Shown here: positions 45,993 through 57,100 of the stretch, one piece after another
Position numbering within the stretch: position 1 is the stretch's first letter
How the letters are laid out: the number at the start of each line of letters is the position of its first letter
IMG/VR virus record: IMGVR_UViG_3300048591_000348
Location: 15,920 to 79,919 of that record
Length of the DNA stretch: 64,000 bases
Source of the DNA: a virus
Strand: one strand, 5' to 3'
Made by a program: the position numbers and the translations under genes
Notes under the pieces: generated by a model
Told to the model about the DNA's origin: nothing
The model's database searches: none
The model's input: only the letters and a program-made list of their open reading frames with translations

Positions 45993-46256
45993 CTAGGGTT
46001 TGTCGTTTGCGCGTTTCACTCCACACTTCTTCGCAACGGCCGCTTCGAGGCGACGGTTGTGCTCTATGGTCTCGGCACTATCGACTGTGTCCCAAGTCGA
46101 AATCCCGTCGGGCGGATAAAGGCGCCGCATGACGGAGCAGAATGAGTCAGCCTTGATCGATACCGGCTGAATAGGCGTCTTCGGCGCCGGAGAGGCGCAG
46201 CCCGCAAGGATGTAACCCATGGCGGACACACCCAGAATGTAACCCATGGACCTCAT
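45993..46256 (-). CDS. o-spanin-like lipoprotein
   Basis: Lipobox ILAGC. Confidence 0.6.
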   Translation of the reverse strand: MRSMGYILGVSAMGYILAGCASPAPKTPIQPVSIKADSFCSVMRRLYPPDGISTWDTVDSAETIEHNRRLEAAVAKKCGVKRANDKP

Positions 46257-46561
46257 CACCGCGTCCTCCGCGACCGGCACCCAAGCGACGCATCGCAGAG
46301 CTTTTGCAGTGCAACCATCTCGCCAGGCGTCGGGCCGATGGTATCGGCCGCCGCAATGGCCTCGTCGACCGAGGCATCGATCGCCTCGTCGTGGGCACGG
46401 GTGATTTCCGCCACGCGGGCATTGCATGCCACGATGCCCGCGTTCCTTTCATTCGCGACGGCGCCGGCAACCATCACTTTCTCGCGCCCCCACATGATGC
46501 CGCCGGCAATCAATGGGCCAATCACGGCCCAAGCAATCAGCGCAAGGCGGGCTGTAATCAC
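46256..46561 (-). CDS. i-spanin-like protein
   Basis: N-terminal TM helix, helical periplasmic part, C-terminal Cys pair. Confidence 0.55.
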   Translation of the reverse strand: MITARLALIAWAVIGPLIAGGIMWGREKVMVAGAVANERNAGIVACNARVAEITRAHDEAIDASVDEAIAAADTIGPTPGEMVALQKLCDASLGCRSRRTR

Positions 46562-47058
46562 CACGGCACCCAATCGGTTTTCTGGGCCGTGCTGGCGGCC
46601 TGCGTTGTTTTTCGCGCACTGGGAACGGGCCGGCGAGAAACGGCCGCCCCTGGCACCAATTTGGCAGTTGCCCTGGACTTCAAACGAACGGCCTCGGCCT
46701 CGGCTGCCTCCGCCTTGGTTTTCCACGCGCTTGCGGCGCTCTCGGCGTCTTTCGCTCGGCGCTGGGCGACGGCAACGGCTGCCGACGCCCCCTGCACATC
46801 ACCCTTGAGTGTAGCGACCTCGGAGCGCAGAGCACGCTTGCCGACAGCGCCCTTGATATGACCCAGCCAGAACCCACCAACAAAGGTGAGGCCAACGGCC
46901 AGCCAAACCGCAGGAGAAGAAACCACGGCAACGAATGAGCCTTTGATCCTCGTGAAGACCTTTCCAAGCCAGTCCTTCGCAAATGCCATGATTGAGGCCA
47001 TGACGACAAAGACGCTCGTCGCGATCGTTCCAATAAGGCCGACGTCACTCTTGTTCAT
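46558..47058 (-). CDS. membrane protein with coiled coil (lysis cassette)
   Basis: Two TM helices plus coiled coil. Confidence 0.55.
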   Translation of the reverse strand: MNKSDVGLIGTIATSVFVVMASIMAFAKDWLGKVFTRIKGSFVAVVSSPAVWLAVGLTFVGGFWLGHIKGAVGKRALRSEVATLKGDVQGASAAVAVAQRRAKDAESAASAWKTKAEAAEAEAVRLKSRATAKLVPGAAVSRRPVPSARKTTQAASTAQKTDWVPW

Positions 47059-48064
47059 CTTCCGGTCCCTCCGGGAGTTGCTGCTTGACCTCTGCCAGCT
47101 CGACACGCTGGTTGATGTGACGCACGAGAACCACGACGAGCACGGCGATCGTGCCCCAAATCGCCACCTTGCCCAGATTGATCTGAAGTGTTCTGGTGAG
47201 GCTCATCAGCGGGGCGATCGTGGTTTCAGCCTCTTCCTGGGCCGGCTTCAGGACATGGATGACCTGATCAAGGCCATTGGAAATCGACTGCCCGATTCCG
47301 AATACCAGGTCACACACCCATCCAACGATGACTGCGAGCAGGCTCTTGCCTGACCCGGACTTGGCCAATTCTTGGGTGGGCGTCGGCTGCGGCGCTGGAA
47401 CTGGCTCCGCGATCGGCTTCGAGGTTCGCAACGCGACCGGAACGTCGTCCGGGGTCGGCTCGAAGACCGCCTTGCGGATCTCTTCCATGGGGAAAAGTGG
47501 ATTCGTGTCGATCTTCCGTCCGGGAGATATCATCCAGTGCGTAACGATCTCGTTGCAGTCAGGGTACTCCTCAACAACCTCACGGCAGATTGCGGCAACA
47601 GACGCAATCTGTTCCTTTGTGTAGGGGAGCCAATACCCTTCGCCGTGCTCTTTCGTTGCCCGATAGGTGCAGTCGATCAGCGGAAATTTCTCGATCACCG
47701 TCTTGCCGTCGTAGCTCAGCTCGGCATATTCGCCGTTCTTCTTGAGCTTTCCAGGATTGACGATCTCGATCCCGATCGAGCACGAGTTGAGGCCCGAGAC
47801 GCCATTCCATTTCGAGACACCAGCATGGTAGGCGCGCCGGTTGGTCTGCACCATCTGAGTGATGGTGCCGTCTCTCTCGACCACGAAATGCGCCGAGACT
47901 TTGCACGTCGGTGAGGCGAAGTAGTTGACCGTGGAGAACTTCTTGGTGGATCCCGCCGTGTCGTGGGTAACGATCCATCGGGGCGCCGCCATCGCGCCGC
48001 CGAACGACGTCGCCTTCTTCCACTTCGCGCCGCCGCCTTTCAAGACGCCGTTCTCGATGTCCAT
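47045..48064 (-). CDS. N-acetylmuramoyl-L-alanine amidase endolysin with C-terminal TM segments
   Basis: HDTAG, SAHFVV, AYHAG, SIGIEI, THW..PGRKID. Confidence 0.88.
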   Translation of the reverse strand: MDIENGVLKGGGAKWKKATSFGGAMAAPRWIVTHDTAGSTKKFSTVNYFASPTCKVSAHFVVERDGTITQMVQTNRRAYHAGVSKWNGVSGLNSCSIGIEIVNPGKLKKNGEYAELSYDGKTVIEKFPLIDCTYRATKEHGEGYWLPYTKEQIASVAAICREVVEEYPDCNEIVTHWMISPGRKIDTNPLFPMEEIRKAVFEPTPDDVPVALRTSKPIAEPVPAPQPTPTQELAKSGSGKSLLAVIVGWVCDLVFGIGQSISNGLDQVIHVLKPAQEEAETTIAPLMSLTRTLQINLGKVAIWGTIAVLVVVLVRHINQRVELAEVKQQLPEGPEDEQE

Positions 48065-48366
48065 GTGTTGTGTTCCTAGATCCGCAGTCAGCGTCATGGA
48101 GGCGCCAATTGCTCCTGGGACTCGCGCACTGTTGATGTCACGCCAGAAGCGGCTCCACATGGAGATTGGCTTCCATGTCCGGCGATCCAACTCATTCCCC
48201 GCGCTATCGAAGTAGCGATCCGGGCCGAGCGCCAGGCACTCTGGACATCCACCAGCAACGATCCTGGCAACATGGCCTGGGATGCCTTCTTCACGTGGGT
48301 AGTTGGCGACCCGTGTCCCGCAGTTGCGGCATTCGATGGCGACGGTTTGCATGATCAAGGCATCCC

Positions 48367-48401
48367 AAAAGAAAACGCCGCCCGGCTTCCCGAGCGGCGT
48401 C
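48367..48401 (-). terminator. intrinsic terminator
   Basis: ACGCCGC-CCGG/CCG-AGCGGCGT stem plus T-tract on the - strand. Confidence 0.6.
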
Positions 48402-48510
48402 GATAGGCGCGACATCTAAAGCTGACCTACTGCCTCACATGCCTGATGGCGGCAGCGGCGGGGCGGGACACCCGGCCTGGGGGACCGGGGAACGACGTTG
48501 TCTGGCCGCC

Positions 48511-48930
48511 CTACTGCCTCACATTCGCGGGGCTGCGGATATCCCGCATATCGCAGTACGTGACGCCGCTGGAATTGCGATAGCCCGCGGGAAACCCCGT
48601 CACCTCGTCGGCTGGCTGCTCCGTCAGCGCGAATATGTGCGTCGCCCAGGTCCGATCGAACACGGACAGCAGCTCGCCGTCGTCGCCGCGCTGCGTGAGG
48701 CCATACGTCAGCTCGTCCACCAGCGGCCCGGTGACGATGACGTTGCAATGCCAGCCGGGCACGCCCTCGATGATGCCCGGCCAGCCCTGCGTCGCCGTGA
48801 TCTCGACGCCGGGATAGTCGGCCGTGAACTGGTATCCGGGCCCGTCTGCGATAATGCCGGCATCGATCCACGACTGCCGGAATGTCGCCTCGTCCGGAGC
48901 CCACACGCCAAATCGGATTGCGATCGTCAC
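48511..48930 (-). CDS. hypothetical virion-associated protein
   Basis: GWHCNV motif; follows the spike gene. Confidence 0.6.
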   Translation of the reverse strand: MTIAIRFGVWAPDEATFRQSWIDAGIIADGPGYQFTADYPGVEITATQGWPGIIEGVPGWHCNVIVTGPLVDELTYGLTQRGDDGELLSVFDRTWATHIFALTEQPADEVTGFPAGYRNSSGVTYCDMRDIRSPANVRQ

Positions 48931-48931
48931 G

Positions 48932-50386
48932 TCACGCCCCCGTCAGCGCTTGCATGTCCGCCTCTGATTTCTCGACGGGCAGGACGACGACGGCGCGGCA
49001 ATGCATCCCCGTGCCGATCTGTAGAGTGGTCAGCCCCACGGTGGGGGCATCCAGCGCCGTGGACGTCAGGACCGTGACACCATCCTTCACGGCGCGTCCG
49101 TTGGTGGCGCCATCGAAAGAGGCTGCCACTTTGAACGGCACATTGCTCGCATACTTATTGTCTGCCGTTTCGAGTGCTTTGGCGGACCCACCTTTTATTG
49201 TGAGCAGCTGGAACCGCTTATCTCTCGTCGAGCTGTTGCTCCTGCCGAACAGCATAGCGTGCGAGTTGGTGTTGATCACGTACACGAGGCCATCAGTATT
49301 GACCAATCCGGTGCCGGAATTGGTGTCCCCAGCGCGATCGACAACATCCGCCATGAGCGTGCAGGCCGTCGCCCACGAGAATTGGTCAGTGCCGATCGTT
49401 ATCTGATCGCCGCTACGTGTCACGGTCGCGGCGTAGGTCGGGATCCAGGATGTCGCATACCCGCTCAACTCGAGCTGGACCCGACTGCACGTGCCCGACA
49501 CCGTCAGCGTTAGCGTGCCTGCCGACGGCTTGAATGTCATGCTGACACGATCATCGGCGCCAGTGCCGACCAGCGGCCCCGCAGTGGACGCACCGGACAG
49601 GGTGATGGTTCCGGTGCCCCAGAACGAGAGCGTCCATTCCGTATTGGTGACCGTGCAGCTCTGCGTCGCGCCAATCTCTGAATTCAGAAATACGTTCGTC
49701 CGCCCCCATTCCAGCAGGACGCCGAGGAGATTGCCGGACGCGTCCCACTCGAAGGGGAGGGCATATCTGGCGGTACCCCCGGTCTCGACATAGATGCCAT
49801 CCGATGGCGTCCGCCTCACATGCACCGTGCCGGCGCCAGACGTGCTGCCGAGAGCGAGCGTGCCTGTCGCTGCTGTGAATTCGTGCGTGCCAGCCGTCCA
49901 CGTCCCGGAGGCCGCATTGCTGGCCGTGACAGATACCGCGCCGGTGATTGTCACCGCGTAAGACGCACCCGACAGCACGGCTATAGACTGATTGGCTGGC
50001 GCAGCGCTGTTGATATAGAGATTGTGCGCGGCGAACCGATACTCCCCGTCCGGCCCGCGCACCATTTTCGCACTCGGCGACGTGAAGGTCAGCAGGCCGT
50101 ATGGTGCATCATCGTAGTCATTGGCCGGCGTCGCGCCATGCTTGACGTAGGCGCTGCCGTAGTGGCCGCCCTCCGCAAAATGATCGTCCGTGAAGGACAG
50201 CGCCAGCGCATCGGCGCCGCCCGGAGCCCACGCAGCAGCAAGAAGGGCGGCGGGGGATATGGGGGTGGGGGTGCCGAACGCCGCGCCGTAGAACGGCAGA
50301 GGCTGAAACCGGCCACCGCCGGCAGGCGCACGCCCGGGCCGAAATCGACCTCGGGCGTTGAGGGCGAGGGGGTCAAAGCGGGCCAC
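48932..50386 (-). CDS. spike/fibre-like virion protein
   Basis: GVLLE..RTN, QLE...ATSWIPT....TRS.D motifs; lectin-like C-terminus. Confidence 0.75.
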   Translation of the reverse strand: MARFDPLALNARGRFRPGRAPAGGGRFQPLPFYGAAFGTPTPISPAALLAAAWAPGGADALALSFTDDHFAEGGHYGSAYVKHGATPANDYDDAPYGLLTFTSPSAKMVRGPDGEYRFAAHNLYINSAAPANQSIAVLSGASYAVTITGAVSVTASNAASGTWTAGTHEFTAATGTLALGSTSGAGTVHVRRTPSDGIYVETGGTARYALPFEWDASGNLLGVLLEWGRTNVFLNSEIGATQSCTVTNTEWTLSFWGTGTITLSGASTAGPLVGTGADDRVSMTFKPSAGTLTLTVSGTCSRVQLELSGYATSWIPTYAATVTRSGDQITIGTDQFSWATACTLMADVVDRAGDTNSGTGLVNTDGLVYVINTNSHAMLFGRSNSSTRDKRFQLLTIKGGSAKALETADNKYASNVPFKVAASFDGATNGRAVKDGVTVLTSTALDAPTVGLTTLQIGTGMHCRAVVVLPVEKSEADMQALTGA

Positions 50387-50695
50387 TTATGCCTCCTCGT
50401 CTTCCATCCACCGAATGGCCCCGTAGGGCATATCTGCCCCACCGTCTAATTGGACCTTGCCCGATAGATCTCGACCGACAACCCAACCATACAGACTTTC
50501 GTTCACACCGATCCCAGTCCACCTGCCCCATTCCAAAGGACGCAGGATGACGTCGGTCTTGTCGATGGATGGAGCCGTTTCCGCGACATGGATGGCGATA
50601 AGCGACGAGGCGGACTGGTTCTGCACCAGGACGGTCGCTGCGCCGTCAACATCGATCACGGCGGGCGTAGCCGTTAAGGCGACGGTTGTTGCCAC
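50387..50695 (-). CDS. small virion-associated protein
   Basis: AGGAG SD; VLVQNQS motif. Confidence 0.6.
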   Translation of the reverse strand: MATTVALTATPAVIDVDGAATVLVQNQSASSLIAIHVAETAPSIDKTDVILRPLEWGRWTGIGVNESLYGWVVGRDLSGKVQLDGGADMPYGAIRWMEDEEA

Positions 50696-50835
50696 GATTT
50701 GAACTCCTTAGCCTTTTCTGAGATTGACTTGCGGACGAACAAAGGGGCCGACAAAGCCGACCCCTATCTAAAACACCGATTCGCGCCACTCGGCGCCTTG
50801 TTTTGCTACGCTTGGGCTGCGGAACCCACCGAGTG

Positions 50836-51093
50836 ATGCTTGCTGATCCTGGGCTCTTGACGATCCCCGGCAAGCCTCTGTGCCTTGTTTCCGCAACGGC
50901 GGACGCACAGACCAATGTGAGAGGCCACACACGGAAGGACGGAACCTACGTCCAGCCACACGTCCGCAGCAATCCAGACGGGAACGCATTCAACAATTAC
51001 AGCGCAAAGGGAAATGTGAACCCGTACACCGGCAAGTCTGGAACTGTCGATCCATACCGGCTGCAACAGCCGTCATACGGGACTCGGCGTTAG
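50836..51093 (+). CDS. conserved small protein, moron-like
   Basis: VRGHTRKDGTYVQPH.RS.PD....NN....GNVNPYTG; opposite strand, flanked by hairpins. Confidence 0.65.
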   Translation: MLADPGLLTIPGKPLCLVSATADAQTNVRGHTRKDGTYVQPHVRSNPDGNAFNNYSAKGNVNPYTGKSGTVDPYRLQQPSYGTRR

Positions 51094-51165
51094 ACACACA
51101 TGCACAGCTAAGGAGCGCGGGAAGATCTTGCGCTCCTTGTTTAGTCTTTCCCCGCGCCGAAAAAC

Positions 51166-54100
51166 TTATGACTTCTTCTTCTGGGCCTTGCTGTATACCT
51201 CCATGGCCCGGAGGATAACCGCGTTCTCCTTCTCTTGGACCTCGTCGAGCTTGGCCTTCTTCTCCTTGTTCGGTAGCGACCGATCAAGTTGGACCTGGGC
51301 GCGGATCTTCGAGAACTGAGAGAGTGACTTCTGTGCGCCTTTCATGGCGCCGTAGGCTTCCAGCTCTGCGCGGTATTCACGGCGCGCTCGCATGGCATCC
51401 GCCCCGTTCCCGGCCTTCGTCAACTGTTGCACCTCGTAAGCCGCGGCGTCGACCTCGCCCCATTTCTCGTAGAACTCGCCGCGACGCGAGGTTTGCGTCT
51501 GCTTGCCGTAGAGGCGCCGGATGATCGGCGTCTTCTCCGGTACGAACTCCTCGCCATCGAGCGCCCTCGCGGCAGTGCTGGTCACATTCAGCAAGAACTT
51601 GCCACTGCCACCGCCGATGAACTGAGCATAGTGCTCAAGAACTTCCGGGCTGATATCGATGAGCCCGGAACGGGCCGGATTGCCGCCGCTTGCCGAATTG
51701 AGAAGCCTTGCCGTTGTGATGAAGGCCGGATGCACCGATGCGAAGTAGGATTCGCTGTCCGGCTTCCGCTTGTCGTACTTGATGGGGGTAATCGGCCCGC
51801 CGTACCAAGTCTTGTTCTCCGCCACCTGGACGATCGGGTCGAGCATCGTCGGGCTCACCATCTGCAAGAACGACGTGGTCGGCGACGTGCCCAGCGGGTT
51901 GATCGAGTCCATGAGCGCCGACATGATGCCGGCCGCGGCCTTGGCCGGCGTCGCCTTGCCATGCCCAGCCGCGGTTCGGAGGAGCTCGCCGACCTTCTGC
52001 CCCGCCACGTAGGGCGCGTTGTAGCCGTAGGGCATCGGGATCATGAAGTAATCCTTCCGCCCCGGCAGCATGAAGATCATGTTCCGCTCTTTGATCCACG
52101 GCTTGATCTTGTCGTAAGCGTTCTCCCCGTCGTCGTCGTCGCCGGCAATCAAATAATTCAGCATTTCCATCGCGACGCCGCCGGCAGCAAGAGTGTAGAC
52201 AACGCGGCGGACCGCCTTCGACCGCGCGAACGCCTGGAACATGCGGATCGAACCTTGGACCGAGGCGTTGAAGAACATGTAGGCCGAATTGATCACCGGC
52301 CCCAATTCACCCTTGCGGTTGAAGTTTACGGTCAGCTCACGCGCCACGGAGGCGGCCCGATCTTTCGAGATGCCAGCTTTGCGCATCGCGACGTAGGTCG
52401 AGAGCCGAACGCCGTTCTCGACCGACGTATTCACGTCCTCGACGTAGCGGACGGCCTGGCGGAGCGCGCGTCGGGTCTTGCCCTCCGTGAGCAATCCGTT
52501 GATCTGGCCCTTGATGCGCTCGACGTCGTTGAACTCCATGAAGGAGACTTTGCCGCCCGCCTGCCGGAACTCTTCGAAATACTGGGCGAACTCACTCGAT
52601 CCGTCGCCGCGGAGCGCATTGTAGATGCCGCGTATCGACTTGAGTGACAGAGCCTCGGCCAGCATCTTCTTGCGAGCGCCGTCGGGCAGGTCCTGAATAT
52701 CCTTGGAGTTGATCAGTGCCGTCTGCACATCACGGAAGAAGTTGCCGACAACGAACTCTGGGTTCCAACTCGTCAGAAGTTGCGCATAAAAGCGCGTCAG
52801 CTTCATCATGCTCCGAACGATGATGCCATTCATCTCGCTCGAGCCGACGCCTTTCAGCGCCCGCGCCAGATTCGGATTGTGAAGCTGAATGTAGCGCTGC
52901 TTGCCGCCGACCTTGACGCCGACGATCGATGGGTCGTGGTGCGAGAACTGGGGCGGGACGAATACGGTCTCGACAAGTCCCGTCGTCTCGTTCAGGCGCC
53001 GACTGTACTCGCCGCGGTAAACCTGCCAGACATCCGGGTCGGGGTGAGTCTCGACCAATCGAAGCAGGGCCTTGTTGACCCTGTTTTTCTCGGACCGGAC
53101 GATGGCCTGTTGTGCCTGCAGGAGAACATAGGCAAGGGGATTGTCCGACTTGGATCGGCGGCCCAGCGCCCGATAAGCTTCGGGTCCGCGGATGTTGTAT
53201 CCTTTCCCGACCCGAGGGAACGCCGATTCATCACCCTCCGCCTCGAACCCACGAAGCGGTACGTAATTCTGATAATCGCTCGACCAAGCGTCATAGACCT
53301 CGCGAGAGATCAGCCCGGAAGCGAGCAGCGTATCCCGGCTGTCCTTGTTGATCCGATCGACCATTGCGGCAGCGTCAGCAAACGCTTTGGCTTTTGGTCC
53401 GCTGGAAACTCGGTCCATGATTGCCTGGGCATCCGCGTCGGTCATGCCGGAGCCGGCATCGTTGCCCGGATCTATGGTGCGGATGTAAGCGTTCCGCTCA
53501 CCGGCGTGCCGGGCGTAAAGATACTCGCCAAGCTGGTCTCCATCGATCTCGTTCTTGCGCAGATGCTCGACAAGCGGCTCGATGTGCTTGCTCTGAAGAT
53601 CCGCCATCCTCTCGCCGGCGCGCCCATGGAACAGGGATTCGGCCGTGTAGACATCGAGCGGAAGGGGCAGAGCAACGCCGGTCTGGCGCTCGATCGCCTC
53701 CTGCTGCCGGCGCATCATCAAGAACCTGTCCTGAATGCGAACGCGCCATTGATCGGAGATCGGGGCCATGCGGCGCATGGTGGCCGCGACACGGCGCCCG
53801 AGGAAGGTTCCCGGAGACGTCGCGCTCGGGAAGAACGAGGCCATAGAGTCCTGTCGATCGCCACGGCCGTCTGCCAGCGTCGCTTGACCCTCTGCCGCCT
53901 GGCCAATGCCACGCTTTGCGGCAGCGGCGCGCATCTCGCCCGTGCGGGCACGCTCGAAGATGGACTCGATGCTATCGAAGCCATGGCCACGCAAGAGGTT
54001 CTGCGTGCTGCGGACGATCCGGGCGAGCTTGTTCCAGAGCCGTCGAATGCCGATGTGGATCGGGCCAGCTTCGACGCCTTCGCCCTGCATGGCTAGGAAT

Positions 54101-57100
54101 CGCTGGAAGGCAATGGCCCGGATCTCCCAATCGGGCAGCCTCCCGGCCAATTCCTCCGTCATGCCCGGCACAGTCATCGCCATGCGTCGCGCCCGCGCCA
54201 TGTCGGCGGGGGACTGGAGGAGCTTCATCTCCTGCGGCGAGGCGAGGACCGTCTCGACATGATGGTAGGCTTCATGGCCTGCGGTGGAGACGAGATCACG
54301 GCCCTGCACGCCAAGCGACAATTCGATCACGGCTCGAGCGCTTAGTGTCGGCGGCGTGTACTTGCCGGCGATCTCAGCCGGAACTCCTGCCAGTGCGGAC
54401 CTCTGATCCTCCCGCATGCCCGCATCGGATAGATTGTCGGAGAAGGAAACCCGAACCGCGTCCGGCCCCGTCATTCTCGTAATCAGGGCAACCGCATCGG
54501 CCATCTGGCGCTCGAGAGTGCCACGCTTGGCCTCGGCGGCTGGCGTCAAGCCACCCGGCAAGGCGAATTGGCCGCGCGCCGCAGAATTTTGGCGCATGTC
54601 CTCTTGAATTTTCGTTAGCTGTTTGCTAACTAGGTTGATTGAGGGATCCCGAACCCTTTGTGCTAACTGGCGCACTGCTGCCAGCACGTGCCCAAAGGCG
54701 GCGGGATCCTTCTTCCATTTTAGAGCCGCGATGCCGCCGCCATGACGCAAAGCCTTCTCAAGGCGCGTGGGGATGGCATCTTTGCGGGCCACGAACGCGG
54801 TCTTAACCTCGTAGTCGCCCCGCACATTCTTGTCGAGACGCATGCCGACGGTGCGAACTTCCCCGTTGGGCATCTGGCGCAACAGGTTCCACTGCTCCCC
54901 CACGTCGTACTTGATCGCGTAAGAACCATTGGCAATCACATCCTCTATGAAGGCTTTGACCTTCTCAGGGGTTGCGAGATCCGGGTGCGCTCCGCCGTCG
55001 ATGTTGTCTTTAGCCGCACGCTTCCGCGTGATGTGGTCCAGGTCGACGACAATCTTGCCCCGATCAATGCCGAGCCATGACGATAGCGCCTCCGTGACCG
55101 GGATTGGCGCATGGATGGCGTTCTGCGGCGCCTTGGGGCGAAGACCCATGGTGCTTGCAATTCTCGCCCTGGCGGCCGCTTGCTGGTCGGGAGAAAGCGT
55201 CAGCTTCGGCATTGCCGAGAACATCGGCTGGCCTTCAGTCTTAACCGCCCCCTTGCGGGAATACACACCGTTCCATATATCCATGAGAACGTCGCGGACT
55301 GGGTCGATCTCCATGGGAAGAAGCTCGCCATGCGAGGCAAGCTCGACAAAGTGAGTCACAGCCTCTTGATCCATGATCTCGGCAAAATCCGCCCGATCAT
55401 GGTATAATTGTTCATAAGCTTCGCGAACGGCGCCCTCGTTGGCAGACTTCCAATTCGGATCGCCGATTGCGCGGAGGTAGGTAGACAATTCGGAGTCCAA
55501 CACTCGGAGAGACTTTGCATGGGCAAGAAGCCGACCCCAAACGTCGTCCGTGAGGCGACCGCTGCTGCGGAGATGATGGACAACCTCGTGCCACAGCTCA
55601 CCGTGGAGGGATTTAACAGACTCATCCGAGAAGCTAAGGCGGGGGAAGACCAGAACATCCCGCCCGCCGGGGAGGTAGCGCCCCGGAGCGACGAAAGCTC
55701 TGACCTCTAAAAACTGCTTCTCTGTCAGAGACATGCGGACTTCTGAGCCGTCCGCTGTCTCGACGACCAAGGATACCGTCGCGGTGCCGTCCTCACGCTT
55801 CGCACCACGCGAAACGCTTTTCAAGACGGCAACGTCGGCAGTCTTCGGCACCATGTGAGACACTTCGGCCAGTGCCGCGTGCACGTTGGACCGCACGTCG
55901 CTGGGAACAGTGACCGTCCGCCCCATCTTAAGGAACGGAATGACCTTCTCGGCGGTCAATGCGGCATCAATTTTAGGCCCGCCGATGATTGCCTGCGCCT
56001 GATCCTGTGCCGTGTCCGTCTCGAAGGCAGCGCCGATCTTCTTCATCTCGTCGACGGCGGCAGCGAATTTCGCACGATCCAAGCCTTCGGCCAGCATCGT
56101 ATTGCCACGCGACTCGAACTCGGTCGGGGCAATCGCGAACCGAACGGCCTTGTCCGTGTAATACTTGCCAGCCTTGAACTTGGCCTTCGCCATCTGGATG
56201 TAGTAGCCGACCCGGTTCTTGCCGAGGACAAGTTCGCCATCCCGGCCGTTGACATCGACGTCGGACACCTTGTCGAGGAATTGGGCGACCTGCTCTCCCG
56301 TCTGGAACCGGATCGCGCGGGTGTTCATGAACTTGTCGAGTTCAAACCCGCGTTCCATCAGGACGCCGGGCCTAACCTCTCCGGTATTCGTGGTAAAATT
56401 GACGATGCGTCCCTTGCCCTTGGTCTGGTCGTAGCCACCGAGGATGTTGCCGGTGACGATGTAGCGCGTCTCGCGGCCTTCCTTGCGGGCATCCTCGAAC
56501 GCGCGGATCAGCATGTCCGGGAAGGTGCTCGACCGGGCGATCTGAGCGCCCTTCTCCTCGTCCCCCTTGACGACCCCAGGCGGGAATAGCTTCGACATGG
56601 GGAACTCGAACTGGCGAGCCGAGTCGGGGACTGCTATCTTCACCATCCACGCGGAAAGCGCCGTGATGCTCTTCGCCTTGCCGGAGCGCTCGGTCGACAT
56701 GACTATGCCGTCAAGAGTGCCGCTTGGCATGGTCAGCGAAACCCGCGCGCCAGGGTAGGCAACGCTCATCGTCTGTTGCCAGCGTGCCAGCGTGGCCTGG
56801 GCCTTGGCCCGGACGCTCTGCTGGCTCTCGGCCTTGGTCTGCGCAAGTTCGTCATTGAGTTGACGACGCGCGAGATCCTGTATCCGGCGGCTTTCGGAGG
56901 CAAGCCAATCCCGACCCTTACGCTCCAGCTGGTCGAGAACGGATTGGTCGCTACCTTCCGGCTTCGTGGTTTTGAGAGATTCCGCCACCTTGTCGGCAAT
57001 TTCAGAGATGGGCAGCGCGCGGCCCTGTGCCTTGACGGATGCCTTTTCCATGCGCACGGCGTCAAGGAACGGGCTATCCCCGGTCTTAGGCTTCAGTTCG

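Noticed and set aside
47045-48415. 456-aa endolysin
   Set aside because: The SD and amidase domain support a start at 48064; the upstream extension spans a terminator and may include a separate small Zn-ribbon remnant
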